Source: Verrucomicrobiia bacterium
Lineage (GTDB): Bacteria; Verrucomicrobiota; Verrucomicrobiia; Limisphaerales; UBA1319
Direction of reading: 5' to 3'
Length of the DNA stretch: 64,000 nucleotides
NCBI GenBank assembly: GCA_963664225.1
Contig: OY760937.1
Span: 4,448,001-4,512,000, forward strand
In this document: piece by piece, positions 19,601 through 28,757 of the stretch
Position numbering within the stretch: position 1 is the stretch's first letter
How the letters are laid out: every line of letters begins with the position of its first letter
The notes under the pieces: generated by a model
What the model was told of the DNA's origin: nothing
The model's database searches: none
What the model saw: only the letters and a program-made list of their open reading frames with translations
Program-made: the position numbers and the translations under genes

Positions 19601-22096
19601 AATAATGTCCAATCCACGAACGCGGGCGAATATGCCGTGGTGGTCAGTAATGCCCTCGGCTCGGTGACGAGTTCCAACGCAGTGCTGACCATTGTTTCGC
19701 CAATTGCAGCGCCCAGCGGCCTGATCGGGTGGTGGCGGGGTGCGAGTAACGTGGTGGACGCATTCAGCGGTTTGGTCGGATATGAAACCAACGGAGCCGG
19801 TTACGGACCCGGGGAGGTGGGTAGCGGTTTCAGCCTCGATGGGGTGGATGATCGGGTGATTATTCCCAATTGTCCGACCTTGAATTTTGGCTCCAATCAG
19901 AACTTCTCGGTCGAGGCCTGGATTCAAGCCCAAGCCACCCCTGGAAATTTTGTGGGCGCTGCTCAGATTGTGTCCAAAGCCTATACACCTGATTCCAACG
20001 AGTCTGTGGGATGGTCGCTATTCTTGAACCAGGGCAATCTCGGCTTCCTGATGTCCCAAGCGCCCATGACCGGCTTCAACTCCTCAATCTGGGCTTCGTC
20101 GGGCCCTAATTTGCAGGACGGCCTGTTCCATCATGTCGGAGTCACTGTGGATCGTGCCTCAAATGCGGGCGGCAGATTATATGTGGATGGAGTTCTCATC
20201 TTGACGTTTGACCCGACTCAGGAATCTGGTGATCTCTCCACAGCCGGGCCATTGTATATTGGGTGCCATGATAACCCGTCGATCAATTCCAATTTCAAAG
20301 GCGTTGTTGACGAGGTTTCGATTTATAATCGCGTGCTGACCTCCAATGAAATCACGGCCATAAACCTGATAGGGGTGGCCGGGAAGTATCTAGAACCAAT
20401 CGCCCCGATCCTGGTCAGCCAGCCTGCGGGCCAGCGGGTCGAGCGTGGCAGCAACGTGACTCTCGAGGTGGGAGCCGGGGGAGGCCAACCTCTGTCCTAC
20501 CAGTGGCTGTTCAACGAAGGCGATATCGTGGGCGGCACCAACTTCTCACTGGTCCTGACCAATGTTCAGTTCGCTCAGTCCGGCGTTTATTCCGTTAAAG
20601 TGTCCAATGGGCTTGGCTCGGTGACCAGTAGTAACGCATTGCTGAGGGTGGACTTTCCGCCTGCCACGGTTCGCCTGGCCAATGCCAGCGGGTCTCCAAG
20701 CAATCCCATCGCCATTCCAGTTTTGTTGATGGCCAACGGGAATGAAAACGCCTTGAGCTTGAGTGTGAACTTTGACCCGTCGGTTCTGGCCTTTGCGGAT
20801 GTTGTCGCTGGTTCCGGAGCGTCGGGAGGTTTATTGTATGCAAACACCAATCTGCTGAGCAGTGGCCGAATCGGATTGATTGTGGCATTGCCTGCGGATG
20901 CGGTGTTCAGCGAGGGGACGCAGGAAGTGGCCCGATTGATCTTCAAGGCCGCCTCCGTTCTGACACCTGTCACAACCTTTGTGACTTTCGGCAACCAGCC
21001 GACCTTGTCTCAATTGTCGGACGTCGATGTCATGAGCCTGCCCGCAAATTATGTGAACGGCACGGTCAGCATCGCCGCAGCCGACTTCGAGGGGGATGTC
21101 ACTCCCAGTCCGGCGGGTGATAAAGTCCTTACCATGATGGATTGGGTGCTGGAGGGCCGCTTTGTCGCGGGGCTGGATTCCCCCAACAGCGCCATCGAGT
21201 ATCAGCGCGCCGACTGCGCGCCACAATACACCCGGGGCGATGGAGCCATTACCGTGATCGATTGGGTGCAAGTGGGACGCTACGCGGTCGGATTGGATCC
21301 GTATGTTCCGGTTGGCGGCCCAATGGATGAATTGGGTGGATTGGGTGAAGTTTATCCCATGAGCGCCCTGGACAAGGCTTTTGAGACCGTTGTTCCTCCG
21401 GGCAGCTCTGGCAGCGAGGTCAAAATATTGGAAACGACTCTGGTTCAAGGCGAGTCAGGCGCCGTGACTGTGATGTTGGAGGCACAGGGAACTGAGAACG
21501 CGGTGGGCTTCAGTCTGGCCTTTAATCCAATGACGATGAGTTTTGTCAACGCGAGTCTGGGCGCGGGCGCCGCGAGCGCGCTGCTCAACGTCAATACCAA
21601 TCAATCCGCGATGGGGCGCGTCGGTTTTGCGCTGGCCCTTTCGCCAGGCCACACGTTTGGCACAGGCGGCAAGGAGATCCTGAAGTTAAATTTCCGGGTC
21701 GCCGCTGCCGCTTTGGAGGGTCCGTCCGTATTCAAATTTACAGATTTACCCGTGACCCGTGAAGTGGCTGACGCTGTCGCCATGCCGGTCCTCGCCACCT
21801 TCACTCATGGCATCGTGGATATTCGCGCTTCCACACCCACGCTGCAAATCAGGCGCTTGAACGATCAGGTCGTTTTGTCATGGCCGGATTGGGCCACCAA
21901 TTACACGCTGCAGGTCTGCGAAAGCTCCGGCACAAATTTAAATTGGGTAAGCGCGATGGCCACAACCAGCATTATACACAGCGAATGCGTGGTTGCGCTG
22001 CCCTTGTCGGTTCCAAACGAGATGTATCGCCTGATCCAATTTGGGGCGTCCATCCCAACCAATCCAGTCACAACGAACACGTTGTCTGGAAACTAA
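16691..22096 (+). CDS. Large secreted protein: 4x (LamG-like jellyroll + Ig), cohesin-like, dockerin-like, cohesin-like, C-terminal domain
   Basis: Four WW(K/R)G...FSVExWI...FHHV...LYVDG...FKG.IDE.S.YNR units each followed by QP...YQW..NG...Y.V.VSN..GSVTSSNA; duplicated GD..P...D..W...GR...GLD motif flanked by two GxENA..S..FxP domains. Confidence 0.85.
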   Translation: MNNMMRQSSRLLSSTLFAMLTLLLCHGTMNASVLGLTDTSTNPPPSAVQAPEGMVAWWKGESNVVDVIGGPSGFVTNGAGYGPGKVGTGISFDGVYGRVCIPDSPALHFGSNQNFSVEAWIQAQSNPGNDNGITVIVDKSESLGPNWILGWQLYLENGKLGFKVMHGPTAEHRYWTTSAPNLCDGGFHHVAATLDRNSTNGGKLYVDGAPIMTFDPTLEPGNLSSTAILLFGNGSDPEIHDYFKGIIDEVSLYNRPLTDAEILSVYSAGGSGKYLAPVAPFISMQPADQSVKVGDDAVFSVAASGGIPLTYQWNINGTNIAGATNSSLVLPNVQLADAGVYTVVISNDIGSITSSNAVLTVSTPTPTAVQPPAGMVAWWKGENYVVDAFGLATGGVTEGAGFTTGKVGTGFSLDGLTGQVVIHNAPTLNFGSNQNFSVEAWIQAQPNPANVSGIAVIADKTATYIPASTVGWQFYLDNGRLGFKLMQGPMPQEKHWTASGPDLRDGQFHHVAAVLDRKLANSGKLYVDGSPLLTFDATQLPGDLSTEGLFLIGSGNIPGVGEYFKGVIDEVSLYNRALTDADILSVYGAGSNGKISTPIPPFILTQPVDQSGTVGGGASFHVMAGGEYPLRFQWSINGTNIPGANGSQLVLTNVQLTDAGSYAVVVTNGVGSVTSSNAVLSFTLPYQVPPGLIGWWRGESNVLDVVTHTSGSAANGLGYGPAVVGSGFNLDGINDQVIVSNAPALNFSHNQNFSVETWIQALPTPGNHSGVAEIVSKAFTPDGSQSVGWSFIINQGNLGLLMSQTPMLPYNSSIWTAPGPYLQDGSFHHVGVTVDRTSSTGGRLYVDGVRVLTFDPTQEAGDLSTSGPLYIGCHDNPAMNCNFKGIIDELSIYSRALTAEEINSIVLDGNHGKLVPPFAPVITAQPANRNAAQGVNVSIGLEVDGTPPLTYQWTFNGTNIAGATNNPMVLNNVQSTNAGEYAVVVSNALGSVTSSNAVLTIVSPIAAPSGLIGWWRGASNVVDAFSGLVGYETNGAGYGPGEVGSGFSLDGVDDRVIIPNCPTLNFGSNQNFSVEAWIQAQATPGNFVGAAQIVSKAYTPDSNESVGWSLFLNQGNLGFLMSQAPMTGFNSSIWASSGPNLQDGLFHHVGVTVDRASNAGGRLYVDGVLILTFDPTQESGDLSTAGPLYIGCHDNPSINSNFKGVVDEVSIYNRVLTSNEITAINLIGVAGKYLEPIAPILVSQPAGQRVERGSNVTLEVGAGGGQPLSYQWLFNEGDIVGGTNFSLVLTNVQFAQSGVYSVKVSNGLGSVTSSNALLRVDFPPATVRLANASGSPSNPIAIPVLLMANGNENALSLSVNFDPSVLAFADVVAGSGASGGLLYANTNLLSSGRIGLIVALPADAVFSEGTQEVARLIFKAASVLTPVTTFVTFGNQPTLSQLSDVDVMSLPANYVNGTVSIAAADFEGDVTPSPAGDKVLTMMDWVLEGRFVAGLDSPNSAIEYQRADCAPQYTRGDGAITVIDWVQVGRYAVGLDPYVPVGGPMDELGGLGEVYPMSALDKAFETVVPPGSSGSEVKILETTLVQGESGAVTVMLEAQGTENAVGFSLAFNPMTMSFVNASLGAGAASALLNVNTNQSAMGRVGFALALSPGHTFGTGGKEILKLNFRVAAAALEGPSVFKFTDLPVTREVADAVAMPVLATFTHGIVDIRASTPTLQIRRLNDQVVLSWPDWATNYTLQVCESSGTNLNWVSAMATTSIIHSECVVALPLSVPNEMYRLIQFGASIPTNPVTTNTLSGN

Positions 22097-22724
22097 AGGT
22101 AACTCGCAGGGATGGACAGGGATGGGAGCGGACCCTGTGATTGGTGTTCATGAATGCTGGAATCCGAATGAAACCACGAATGACGCGAAACAAGCGAAAG
22201 TGGGACGGGCAGAACCGTTAATGGACTCATAAACACTAATTCGGCTTGGTCTCTGGTCAAATAGATGAGAGCAAAGCGAGGCTGTCTTCAATAATGGAGG
22301 CGAAGCCATGGGCCTTAACCTCAATACGTCCATTCCTCTGAAACCCTTTCATGCAAGCGCGTTGCGTGTAAAAGTAATTTGGGATTGCTGCTTGCGCCAA
22401 TATTGCTGATCTTCTAATTTACGAAATAAGAGCTCGTAAATTGACTTTGAGTGGAATATCGCCGAAATTTAGCGAGCGGCTAGATTCAATTGTCATCATA
22501 TTCGGAACTTTCTGGAAGCCTTCCCTGACTCCAGCCGGGTGCAAAAGTCAAAACCATCAGTTATTGATTCAAAGGCGAGAAGGTTTTCTAGCTGAATAAG
22601 CCTGGTGTGTTTGCCCCCAGGGACGACAAGACCGAGCGCGGGCCTTTCGTGGTCAGGCAGCGCGCTGACGACGGCTCAACTCAATATGGGGCAGGACCAC
22701 TCGCTGTTGATGATCGGATTTAAA

Positions 22725-24767
22725 ATGACACAAAAAGCTGTAATTGATGGCGACCCCGCGGCGGCGCAGATCGTCACCGAAGTCCGGCGCGAAGAGGCTC
22801 TGCTGAAAGCGGGCGCCTTGCAGAGCGCCATTTTCAACAGCGCCAACTTCTCGAGCATCGCCACTGACGCCAAGGGGGTCATTCAGATCTTCAATGTCGG
22901 CGCTGAGCGGATGCTGGGTTATACGGCCGCCGAGGTGATGAACAAGATCACGCCTGCGGATATTTCCGATCCGCAGGAAGTGATCGCGCGTGCCAAGGCG
23001 TTGAGTGTCGAGCTTGGAACGCCGATCACCCCGGGCTTTGAGGCTCTGGTGTTCAAGGCCTCGCGCGGGATCGAGGACATCTACGAGCTGACCTACTTCC
23101 GCAAGGATGGGAGCCGCTTTCCGGCGGTGGTGTCCGTCACGGCGCTGCGCGACGCGCAGGACGCCATCATCGGCTATTTGTTGATCGGCACAGACAATAC
23201 GGCCCGCAAGCAGGCCGAGGAGGCTCTGCTGAAAGCGGGCGCCTTGCAGAGCGCCATTTTCAACAGCGCCAACTTCTCGAGCATCGCCACCGACGCCAAG
23301 GGGGTCATTCAGATCTTCAATGTCGGCGCCGAGCGGATGCTGGGTTATACCGCCGCCGAGGTGATGAACAAGATCACGCCGGCGGATATTTCCGATCCGC
23401 AGGAAGTGATCGCGCGCGCCGAAGAATTGAGCCTCGAACTCGGAACCCCGATTACCCCGGGTTTCGAGGCATTAGTGTTCAAGGCTTCGCGCGGGATTGA
23501 GGACATTTACGAGCTGACCTACATCCGCAAGGATGGGAGCCGCTTCCCGGCGGTGGTGTCCGTCACGGCGCTGCGGGACGAGCTGGGCGCCATCATCGGC
23601 TACCTGCTGATCGGCACGGATAATACCGCGCGCAAGCAGATCGAGGCGGAGCAAAAGCAGCTCAGTCAGCGGCTGCGCGACCATCAGTTTTACACCCGCT
23701 CCCTGTTTGAATCCAACATCGACGCGATCATGACCACCGATCCGTCCGGCATCATCACCGATGTCAATAAACAGATGGAGGTGCTCACCGGCTGCACGCG
23801 CGATGAGCTGATCGGCGCGCCTTTCAAGAACTACTTCACTGATCCGGATGGGGCCGAGACGAGCATCAAACAGGTGCTCAGAGAGAAGAAGGTCACGAAC
23901 TATGAACTCACCGCACGCGCCAGGGATGGCAAGGAAACGGTGGTCTCCTTCAACGCGACCACCTTCTACGACCGGGACAGGAAGTTGCAGGGCGTGTTCG
24001 CCGCCGCGCGCGATGTGACCGAGCACAAGCGCTTTGAACAATCGCTACAGGAAGCCAATCGGATGAAGAGCGAGTTTCTCGCGAACATGTCCCACGAGTT
24101 GCGCACCCCGCTCAACGGCATCATCGGCTTCACCGAGTTCCTGATTGATGAGAAGCCAGGCCCGCTGATGCCCAAGCAAAAAGAATATCTGGGTGACGTG
24201 CTCAGCAGCGCGCGCCACCTGCTCCAGTTGATCAACGACGTGCTTGACCTCGCGAAAGTCGAGGCGGGCAAAATGGAGCTGCACCCGGAGACCTTTCCTG
24301 TGCAGAAGGCCGTCGAGGAAGTCGTCGCCGTCATCAAGGGTATTGCTCAAAAAAAACGCATCGCCATCGCCATCGAAATCGGGGCGGGGATCGACGCCGT
24401 CCTGCTCGACCAGCACAAATTCAAGCAGGTCCTCTACAATCTTCTTTCCAACGCGGTCAAGTTCTCCGACGAGGGCGGGCAGGTCGGCATCGACGCCCAT
24501 CGGCTCGACCTGAATCAGCTCGAAGTGAAGGTGCGCGACACCGGCATCGGCATCAAAGCCGAGGATATCAACCGGCTCTTCACCGAATTTGAACAACTGG
24601 ATTCCGGCACCGCGCGCCGTTTTGAAGGCACGGGACTCGGCCTGGCGCTGACGAAGAAGATCGTCGAGTTCCAGGGCGGGCGCATCAGCGTGGAAAGCGA
24701 ACCCGGCAAAGGCAGTGTCTTCACGGTCGTGCTGCCGGTGATGACGGGAGAAGGGAAGGCGGTATGA
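22725..24767 (+). CDS. Cytoplasmic PAS-domain sensor histidine kinase (3 PAS + HisKA + HATPase)
   Basis: FLANMSHELRTPLN H-box, NLLSNAVKF, DTGIGI and GTGLGL; no obvious transmembrane helix. Confidence 0.93.
   Translation: MTQKAVIDGDPAAAQIVTEVRREEALLKAGALQSAIFNSANFSSIATDAKGVIQIFNVGAERMLGYTAAEVMNKITPADISDPQEVIARAKALSVELGTPITPGFEALVFKASRGIEDIYELTYFRKDGSRFPAVVSVTALRDAQDAIIGYLLIGTDNTARKQAEEALLKAGALQSAIFNSANFSSIATDAKGVIQIFNVGAERMLGYTAAEVMNKITPADISDPQEVIARAEELSLELGTPITPGFEALVFKASRGIEDIYELTYIRKDGSRFPAVVSVTALRDELGAIIGYLLIGTDNTARKQIEAEQKQLSQRLRDHQFYTRSLFESNIDAIMTTDPSGIITDVNKQMEVLTGCTRDELIGAPFKNYFTDPDGAETSIKQVLREKKVTNYELTARARDGKETVVSFNATTFYDRDRKLQGVFAAARDVTEHKRFEQSLQEANRMKSEFLANMSHELRTPLNGIIGFTEFLIDEKPGPLMPKQKEYLGDVLSSARHLLQLINDVLDLAKVEAGKMELHPETFPVQKAVEEVVAVIKGIAQKKRIAIAIEIGAGIDAVLLDQHKFKQVLYNLLSNAVKFSDEGGQVGIDAHRLDLNQLEVKVRDTGIGIKAEDINRLFTEFEQLDSGTARRFEGTGLGLALTKKIVEFQGGRISVESEPGKGSVFTVVLPVMTGEGKAV
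22794..23639 (+). repeat. Intragenic direct repeat with a 426-bp period (duplicated PAS/PAC)
   Basis: 22794-23213 and 23220-23639 encode near-identical units EALLKAGALQSAIFNSANF...DNTARKQ. Confidence 0.92.
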
Positions 24768-25135
24768 GCGCGAAAATCCTGGTCATTGACGATAACCCCA
24801 CCAATCTCAAACTGGTCTCCGAACTGCTCGAATTCGAGGGCCACAAGATCCTCAAGGCTGTGGACGCCGAGGAGGCGCAGGTCGTCCTCGCGGACACTCT
24901 GCCGGAATTGATTCTCATGGACATCGCCCTGCCTGGCATGGACGGACTCACGCTCACTCGCAAGCTCAAGGCCGATGAACGCACCCGCCACATCTGCATC
25001 GTCGCCCTCACCGCCTTTGCCATGAAGGGCGACGACCAGAAGGCGTTCGACGCCGGTTGCGACGGCTACATCGCCAAGCCCATCGACACGCGCAAATTGC
25101 CGGAGCAAGTGGCTGATTGGCTGGCGAAGCGATGA
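24764..25135 (+). CDS. Single-domain response regulator (DivK-like)
   Basis: ILVIDDNPTN, LMDIALPGMDG, LTAFAMKGD and YIAKPID. Confidence 0.93.
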   Translation: MSAKILVIDDNPTNLKLVSELLEFEGHKILKAVDAEEAQVVLADTLPELILMDIALPGMDGLTLTRKLKADERTRHICIVALTAFAMKGDDQKAFDAGCDGYIAKPIDTRKLPEQVADWLAKR

Positions 25136-26325
25136 CCAAAGCCATGAACATCCTCATCGTTGACGACATTGCCATCAACCGGAAACTCCTGCGCGTAACG
25201 CTCGAGGCGGAGGGTCATGCCACTTTTGAAGCCACCGACGGCGTCGAAGCCCTGCAAATCCTCGGCCGCGAAACGGTGGACTCCGTCATCTCGGACATCC
25301 TCATGCCGAACATGGACGGCTTCCGGCTCTGCCACGAGATTCGGAAGAGCGAGCGGCTTCGCGCCCTTCCATTCATCATCTACACCAGCACCTATACTTC
25401 GCCCGAGGACATGAAGCTGGCGCTGACCGTTGGCGCAGACAAATATCTCACCAAACCCGCGCCTACTGCGGACGTGCTGAAGGCGCTGCGGGAAGTGATG
25501 GACAAAAAGACTGAGCGCCCTGCGCCATCCGGACCCGCCGTGGCGGAAACCTACGTGCTCCAGCAATACAGCCAGACGCTGGTGAACAAGCTGGAGGAGA
25601 AGAATGCCGATCTGGCGCAAGCAAATGAGGCATTGAAAAGGACCGAGGACCTGCTGCGGGCCCTGGCGCAACGCGTGGTTCAAGCGCAGGAAGATGAGCG
25701 CAGCCGCGTGGCCCTCGAGTTGCACGACACCATCACCCAAATGCTCTGCGCGGTTCTGTATCGCAGCCAGGTGCTGGCGGAAAAACTTCCGGCGCGCAAC
25801 ACGCTGGCGAAGGAGGAGGCGATAAAACTCCGCGAGGTGATAGCCAGGACAGTCGAGGAGGTGGAGCGTATTTCGCGTAATCTGCGGCCCATCGTATTGG
25901 ACCAACTGGGTCTGGTCGCCGGTCTGGGCGACACCAGCACGGAGTTCACGAACCGGACGGGAGTGGCAGTGGATCTGGTCTGTGTGGAACCGGCTCACCG
26001 GCTGCCTGCCGACACCGAGTTGGCGCTCTACCGTATTCTCCAGGAAACCCTGAAAAACATCGAGAAACACGCACACGCCCGTCATGTGAGTGTGCGCCTG
26101 ACGAACCCGGGCAACATCGTGCAATTAACGATCAAGGACGATGGGATCGGTTTCGACCGGGCCGGGCGGCCGGCCCGGCGAAACGGCCAGGGAGGTCTTG
26201 GTCTGCTCGGGATGCGCGAACGGGCGACCTATGTGGGCGGCGCCCTCACGGTCAAATCCGTTCCCCGCATGGGCACTGAAATCGAGATCCGCATTCCCTT
26301 GCCGCCAGAATCCAATGGCGGCTGA
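25132..26325 (+). CDS. REC-fused NarX-type (HisKA_3) sensor kinase
   Basis: N-terminal REC; QEDERSRVALELHD, LRPIVLDQLGL, NIEKHA, DDGIGF and GLGLLGMRER. Confidence 0.9.
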   Translation: MTKAMNILIVDDIAINRKLLRVTLEAEGHATFEATDGVEALQILGRETVDSVISDILMPNMDGFRLCHEIRKSERLRALPFIIYTSTYTSPEDMKLALTVGADKYLTKPAPTADVLKALREVMDKKTERPAPSGPAVAETYVLQQYSQTLVNKLEEKNADLAQANEALKRTEDLLRALAQRVVQAQEDERSRVALELHDTITQMLCAVLYRSQVLAEKLPARNTLAKEEAIKLREVIARTVEEVERISRNLRPIVLDQLGLVAGLGDTSTEFTNRTGVAVDLVCVEPAHRLPADTELALYRILQETLKNIEKHAHARHVSVRLTNPGNIVQLTIKDDGIGFDRAGRPARRNGQGGLGLLGMRERATYVGGALTVKSVPRMGTEIEIRIPLPPESNGG

Positions 26326-26337
26326 TTGAACTGACTT

Positions 26338-27015
26338 GTGAAACGAATTACTGTCTTACTGGCGGATGACCACATGATGATGCGCGAGGGGCTGCGCATG
26401 GTGCTGGAGTTGGAAAAGGATATTCAAATAGTGGGCGAAGCGGAAGATGGCCGCCAGGCTGTTGCCATGGTAAAAGAACTTCAACCCGCCGTTGTGTTGA
26501 TGGACATCGCAATGCCACTGCTCAACGGTGTGGAAGCGACCCGCCAAATTCTCAAAAACTTTCCTGGCACCAGGGTGCTCATTCTCTCGGCCAATGGTCA
26601 TGCCGCTTTCGTCAACCAAGTCATCGAATTGGGCGCGGCCGGATTTCTACTCAAGCAAACCTCCTCAGCCGTTGTCGCCCAGGCGATTCGCGAAGTCCTT
26701 AAAGGAAAGACATTTTTCAGCCCTTCCGTTGCCAAGAGCCTTTCCACTGGCGATGCCAGGTCCCTGTCCCGGGATGGACTGCCCAGGAAGAAGGGCAACC
26801 AATTGAGTTCGCGCGAAGTCGAAGTCCTGCAATTGATTGCCGAGGGCCAGGCCAACAAGCAAGTCGCCGCCGAACTGGGCCTTAGCTTCAAAACAGTGGA
26901 CAAATATCGGCAGCATATCATGAGCAAGCTCAACATCCATGATGTCGCCAGCCTCACCCGCTACGCCATGGAGGCGGGAATCATCGAGAGCAAAGACCGG
27001 GGCGCCTCCAGCTAG
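26338..27015 (+). CDS. NarL/LuxR family response regulator
   Basis: LADDH, LMDIAMPLLNG; LSSREVEVLQLIAEG..NKQVA HTH. Confidence 0.93.
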   Translation: MKRITVLLADDHMMMREGLRMVLELEKDIQIVGEAEDGRQAVAMVKELQPAVVLMDIAMPLLNGVEATRQILKNFPGTRVLILSANGHAAFVNQVIELGAAGFLLKQTSSAVVAQAIREVLKGKTFFSPSVAKSLSTGDARSLSRDGLPRKKGNQLSSREVEVLQLIAEGQANKQVAAELGLSFKTVDKYRQHIMSKLNIHDVASLTRYAMEAGIIESKDRGASS

Positions 27016-27100
27016 CCCATCACCTGGCATCGCGGTTTTCTCTCTCTTCCGGCCTCCTCAAGGCCAACTCACGCTCCACTGGCTTCAGAAATCACCTCCG

Positions 27101-27130
27101 AGGGGGATATCCCCATGGGTGAACCCCCGA
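27101..27130 (+). promoter_or_regulatory. Putative operator (palindrome GGGGATATCCCC plus a second degenerate box)
   Basis: Perfect 12-bp palindrome at 27103-27114 followed by GGGTGAACCCCC, between the NarL gene and the DUF3494 gene. Confidence 0.35.
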
Positions 27131-27198
27131 ATAGAGTCCGCACGCCTCCCGTTCTATTTTATAACCCAGAGCGGTAGATATATAACCATCAAAACAAA

Positions 27199-28164
27199 AT
27201 GAAAATCAGCGCGTCAGCACCTGGGATGACCCCAACGAAACACTTTAAAATGGGCCTCTTCCTCGCCATTACCGGGATCTTCCTGCATCAGAATGCGATG
27301 GCCGACCAACTGCCCGTAAACCTTGGATCGACCAGCCGGTTCGCGGTGCTGGGGGCGAGTGAGATCACCAGCGTTCCAACCTCGGTTATCAAAGGAGATG
27401 TCGGATTGAGCCCGTCGGCCCGGTCAAATATAGCGGGGCTGACGCCAGCAGAAGTGGTGGGAACAATGTTCGCTGCGGACGATGGTGGCGCGGTTGCCGT
27501 CATGTTGACCCAGGCCCAAGGCGATTTGACCATCGCGTACAACGACGCTGCGGGACGAACACCGGTGCCCACGGGTCCTTTTTTGAATCCCGGCAGCGGA
27601 AATTTAGGCGGGCTGACCCTCGTCCCTGGTCTATACAAATTCACGGGCGCGGCTTTGATATCGGGATCAGACCTCACGCTTACGGGTGGCGCAAATGATG
27701 TTTGGATATTTCAGATCGGATCCTCACTCGACGTGGCCAATGGGATCCATGTGGTCCTCGCCGGGGGCGCCCAGGCGGCCAACATTTATTGGCAGGTCGG
27801 CACTTCTGCCACACTGGGGACAACCGTGGTCTTCAAGGGCAACATCCTTGCGGATCAGTCCATCGCGATGCAGACCCTCGCAACGCTCGACGGCAGGGCA
27901 TTGGCGCGGATTGCAGCGGTTACATTGGACTCCAATACCATTACCGTTCCCGAACCCATGACAACCACCATAACCCTGGTCTCGGCAGCCGCCGTTGCCG
28001 GTTCATACACGGTCGCCGCAGGACAGTCCGTTAATCTTGCGACCAAGACCATAACGGCTCCCGTGTCAGGTGACCGGCAGTTCTATCGCATCCAGGCAGG
28101 CACATCGATTCCGATTACAAGCCTCACCGTTTCCGGCGCCAACGTGGTGGTAATCTACAAGTAA
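27199..28164 (+). CDS. Ice-binding family (DUF3494) secreted protein
   Basis: VNLGSTSRFAVLGAS, GDVGLSP, AYNDAAGR, LGGLTLVPGLYK, WIFQI, NIYWQVGTSATLGT, GNILA and GRALA; signal peptide; RQFYRI tail. Confidence 0.9.
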   Translation: MKISASAPGMTPTKHFKMGLFLAITGIFLHQNAMADQLPVNLGSTSRFAVLGASEITSVPTSVIKGDVGLSPSARSNIAGLTPAEVVGTMFAADDGGAVAVMLTQAQGDLTIAYNDAAGRTPVPTGPFLNPGSGNLGGLTLVPGLYKFTGAALISGSDLTLTGGANDVWIFQIGSSLDVANGIHVVLAGGAQAANIYWQVGTSATLGTTVVFKGNILADQSIAMQTLATLDGRALARIAAVTLDSNTITVPEPMTTTITLVSAAAVAGSYTVAAGQSVNLATKTITAPVSGDRQFYRIQAGTSIPITSLTVSGANVVVIYK

Positions 28165-28208
28165 TACAATGCCATGAATGGGTCCGTCCGACAATATCGC
28201 AATATCTT

Positions 28209-28368
28209 ATGCCCTGTCCAAAAAACCGCAGAGAAAATGGCCACCGTTATCAAGGACAGGGCGCAAAAAGAGCGAATTGCCGTTGGCATCAGAATTGGGC
28301 CGGGGGGCAAAGGCAGTGTGTTCACGGTGGTTTTGCCGGTGATGACGGGGGAAGGGATGGAAGAATGA
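28209..28368 (+). pseudogene. Internally deleted remnant of the PAS kinase C-terminus
   Basis: PVQKTAEKMATVIKDRAQKERIAVGIRIGPG-GKGSVFTVVLPVMTGEG matches the kinase PVQKAVEEVVAVIKGIAQKKRIAIAIEIGAG...GKGSVFTVVLPVMTGEG. Confidence 0.75.
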
Positions 28369-28757
28369 GCGCGAAAATCCTGGTCGTTGACGACAACCCG
28401 ATCAATCTCAAACTGGTCTCCGAACTGCTCGAATTCGAGGGCCACAAGATACTCAAGGCCGTGGACGCCGAGGAGGCGCAGATCGTCCTGGCCGGCACTC
28501 TGCCGGAATTGATCCTGATGGACATCGCCCTGCCCGGCATGGACGGACTCACGCTCACACGCAAACTCAAGGCTGATGGACGCACCCGCCATATCCGCAT
28601 CGTCGCCCTCACCGCCTTCGCGATGAAGGGCGACGACCAGAAGGCGTTCGACGCCGGTTGCGACGGCTACATCACCAAGCCCATCGACACGCGCAAATTG
28701 CCGGAGCAAGTAGCCTATTTGCTGGCGATGCTGGCGAAGGAAAGGCCAAAGCAATGA
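28365..28757 (+). CDS. Single-domain response regulator, paralog of 24764-25135
   Basis: MSAKILVVDDNPINLKLVSELLEFEG..., nearly identical to the first copy in DNA and protein. Confidence 0.92.
   Translation: MSAKILVVDDNPINLKLVSELLEFEGHKILKAVDAEEAQIVLAGTLPELILMDIALPGMDGLTLTRKLKADGRTRHIRIVALTAFAMKGDDQKAFDAGCDGYITKPIDTRKLPEQVAYLLAMLAKERPKQ

Noticed and set aside
22500..22700. Possible riboswitch upstream of the PAS kinase
   Set aside because: Could not match the conserved core of any riboswitch class by eye
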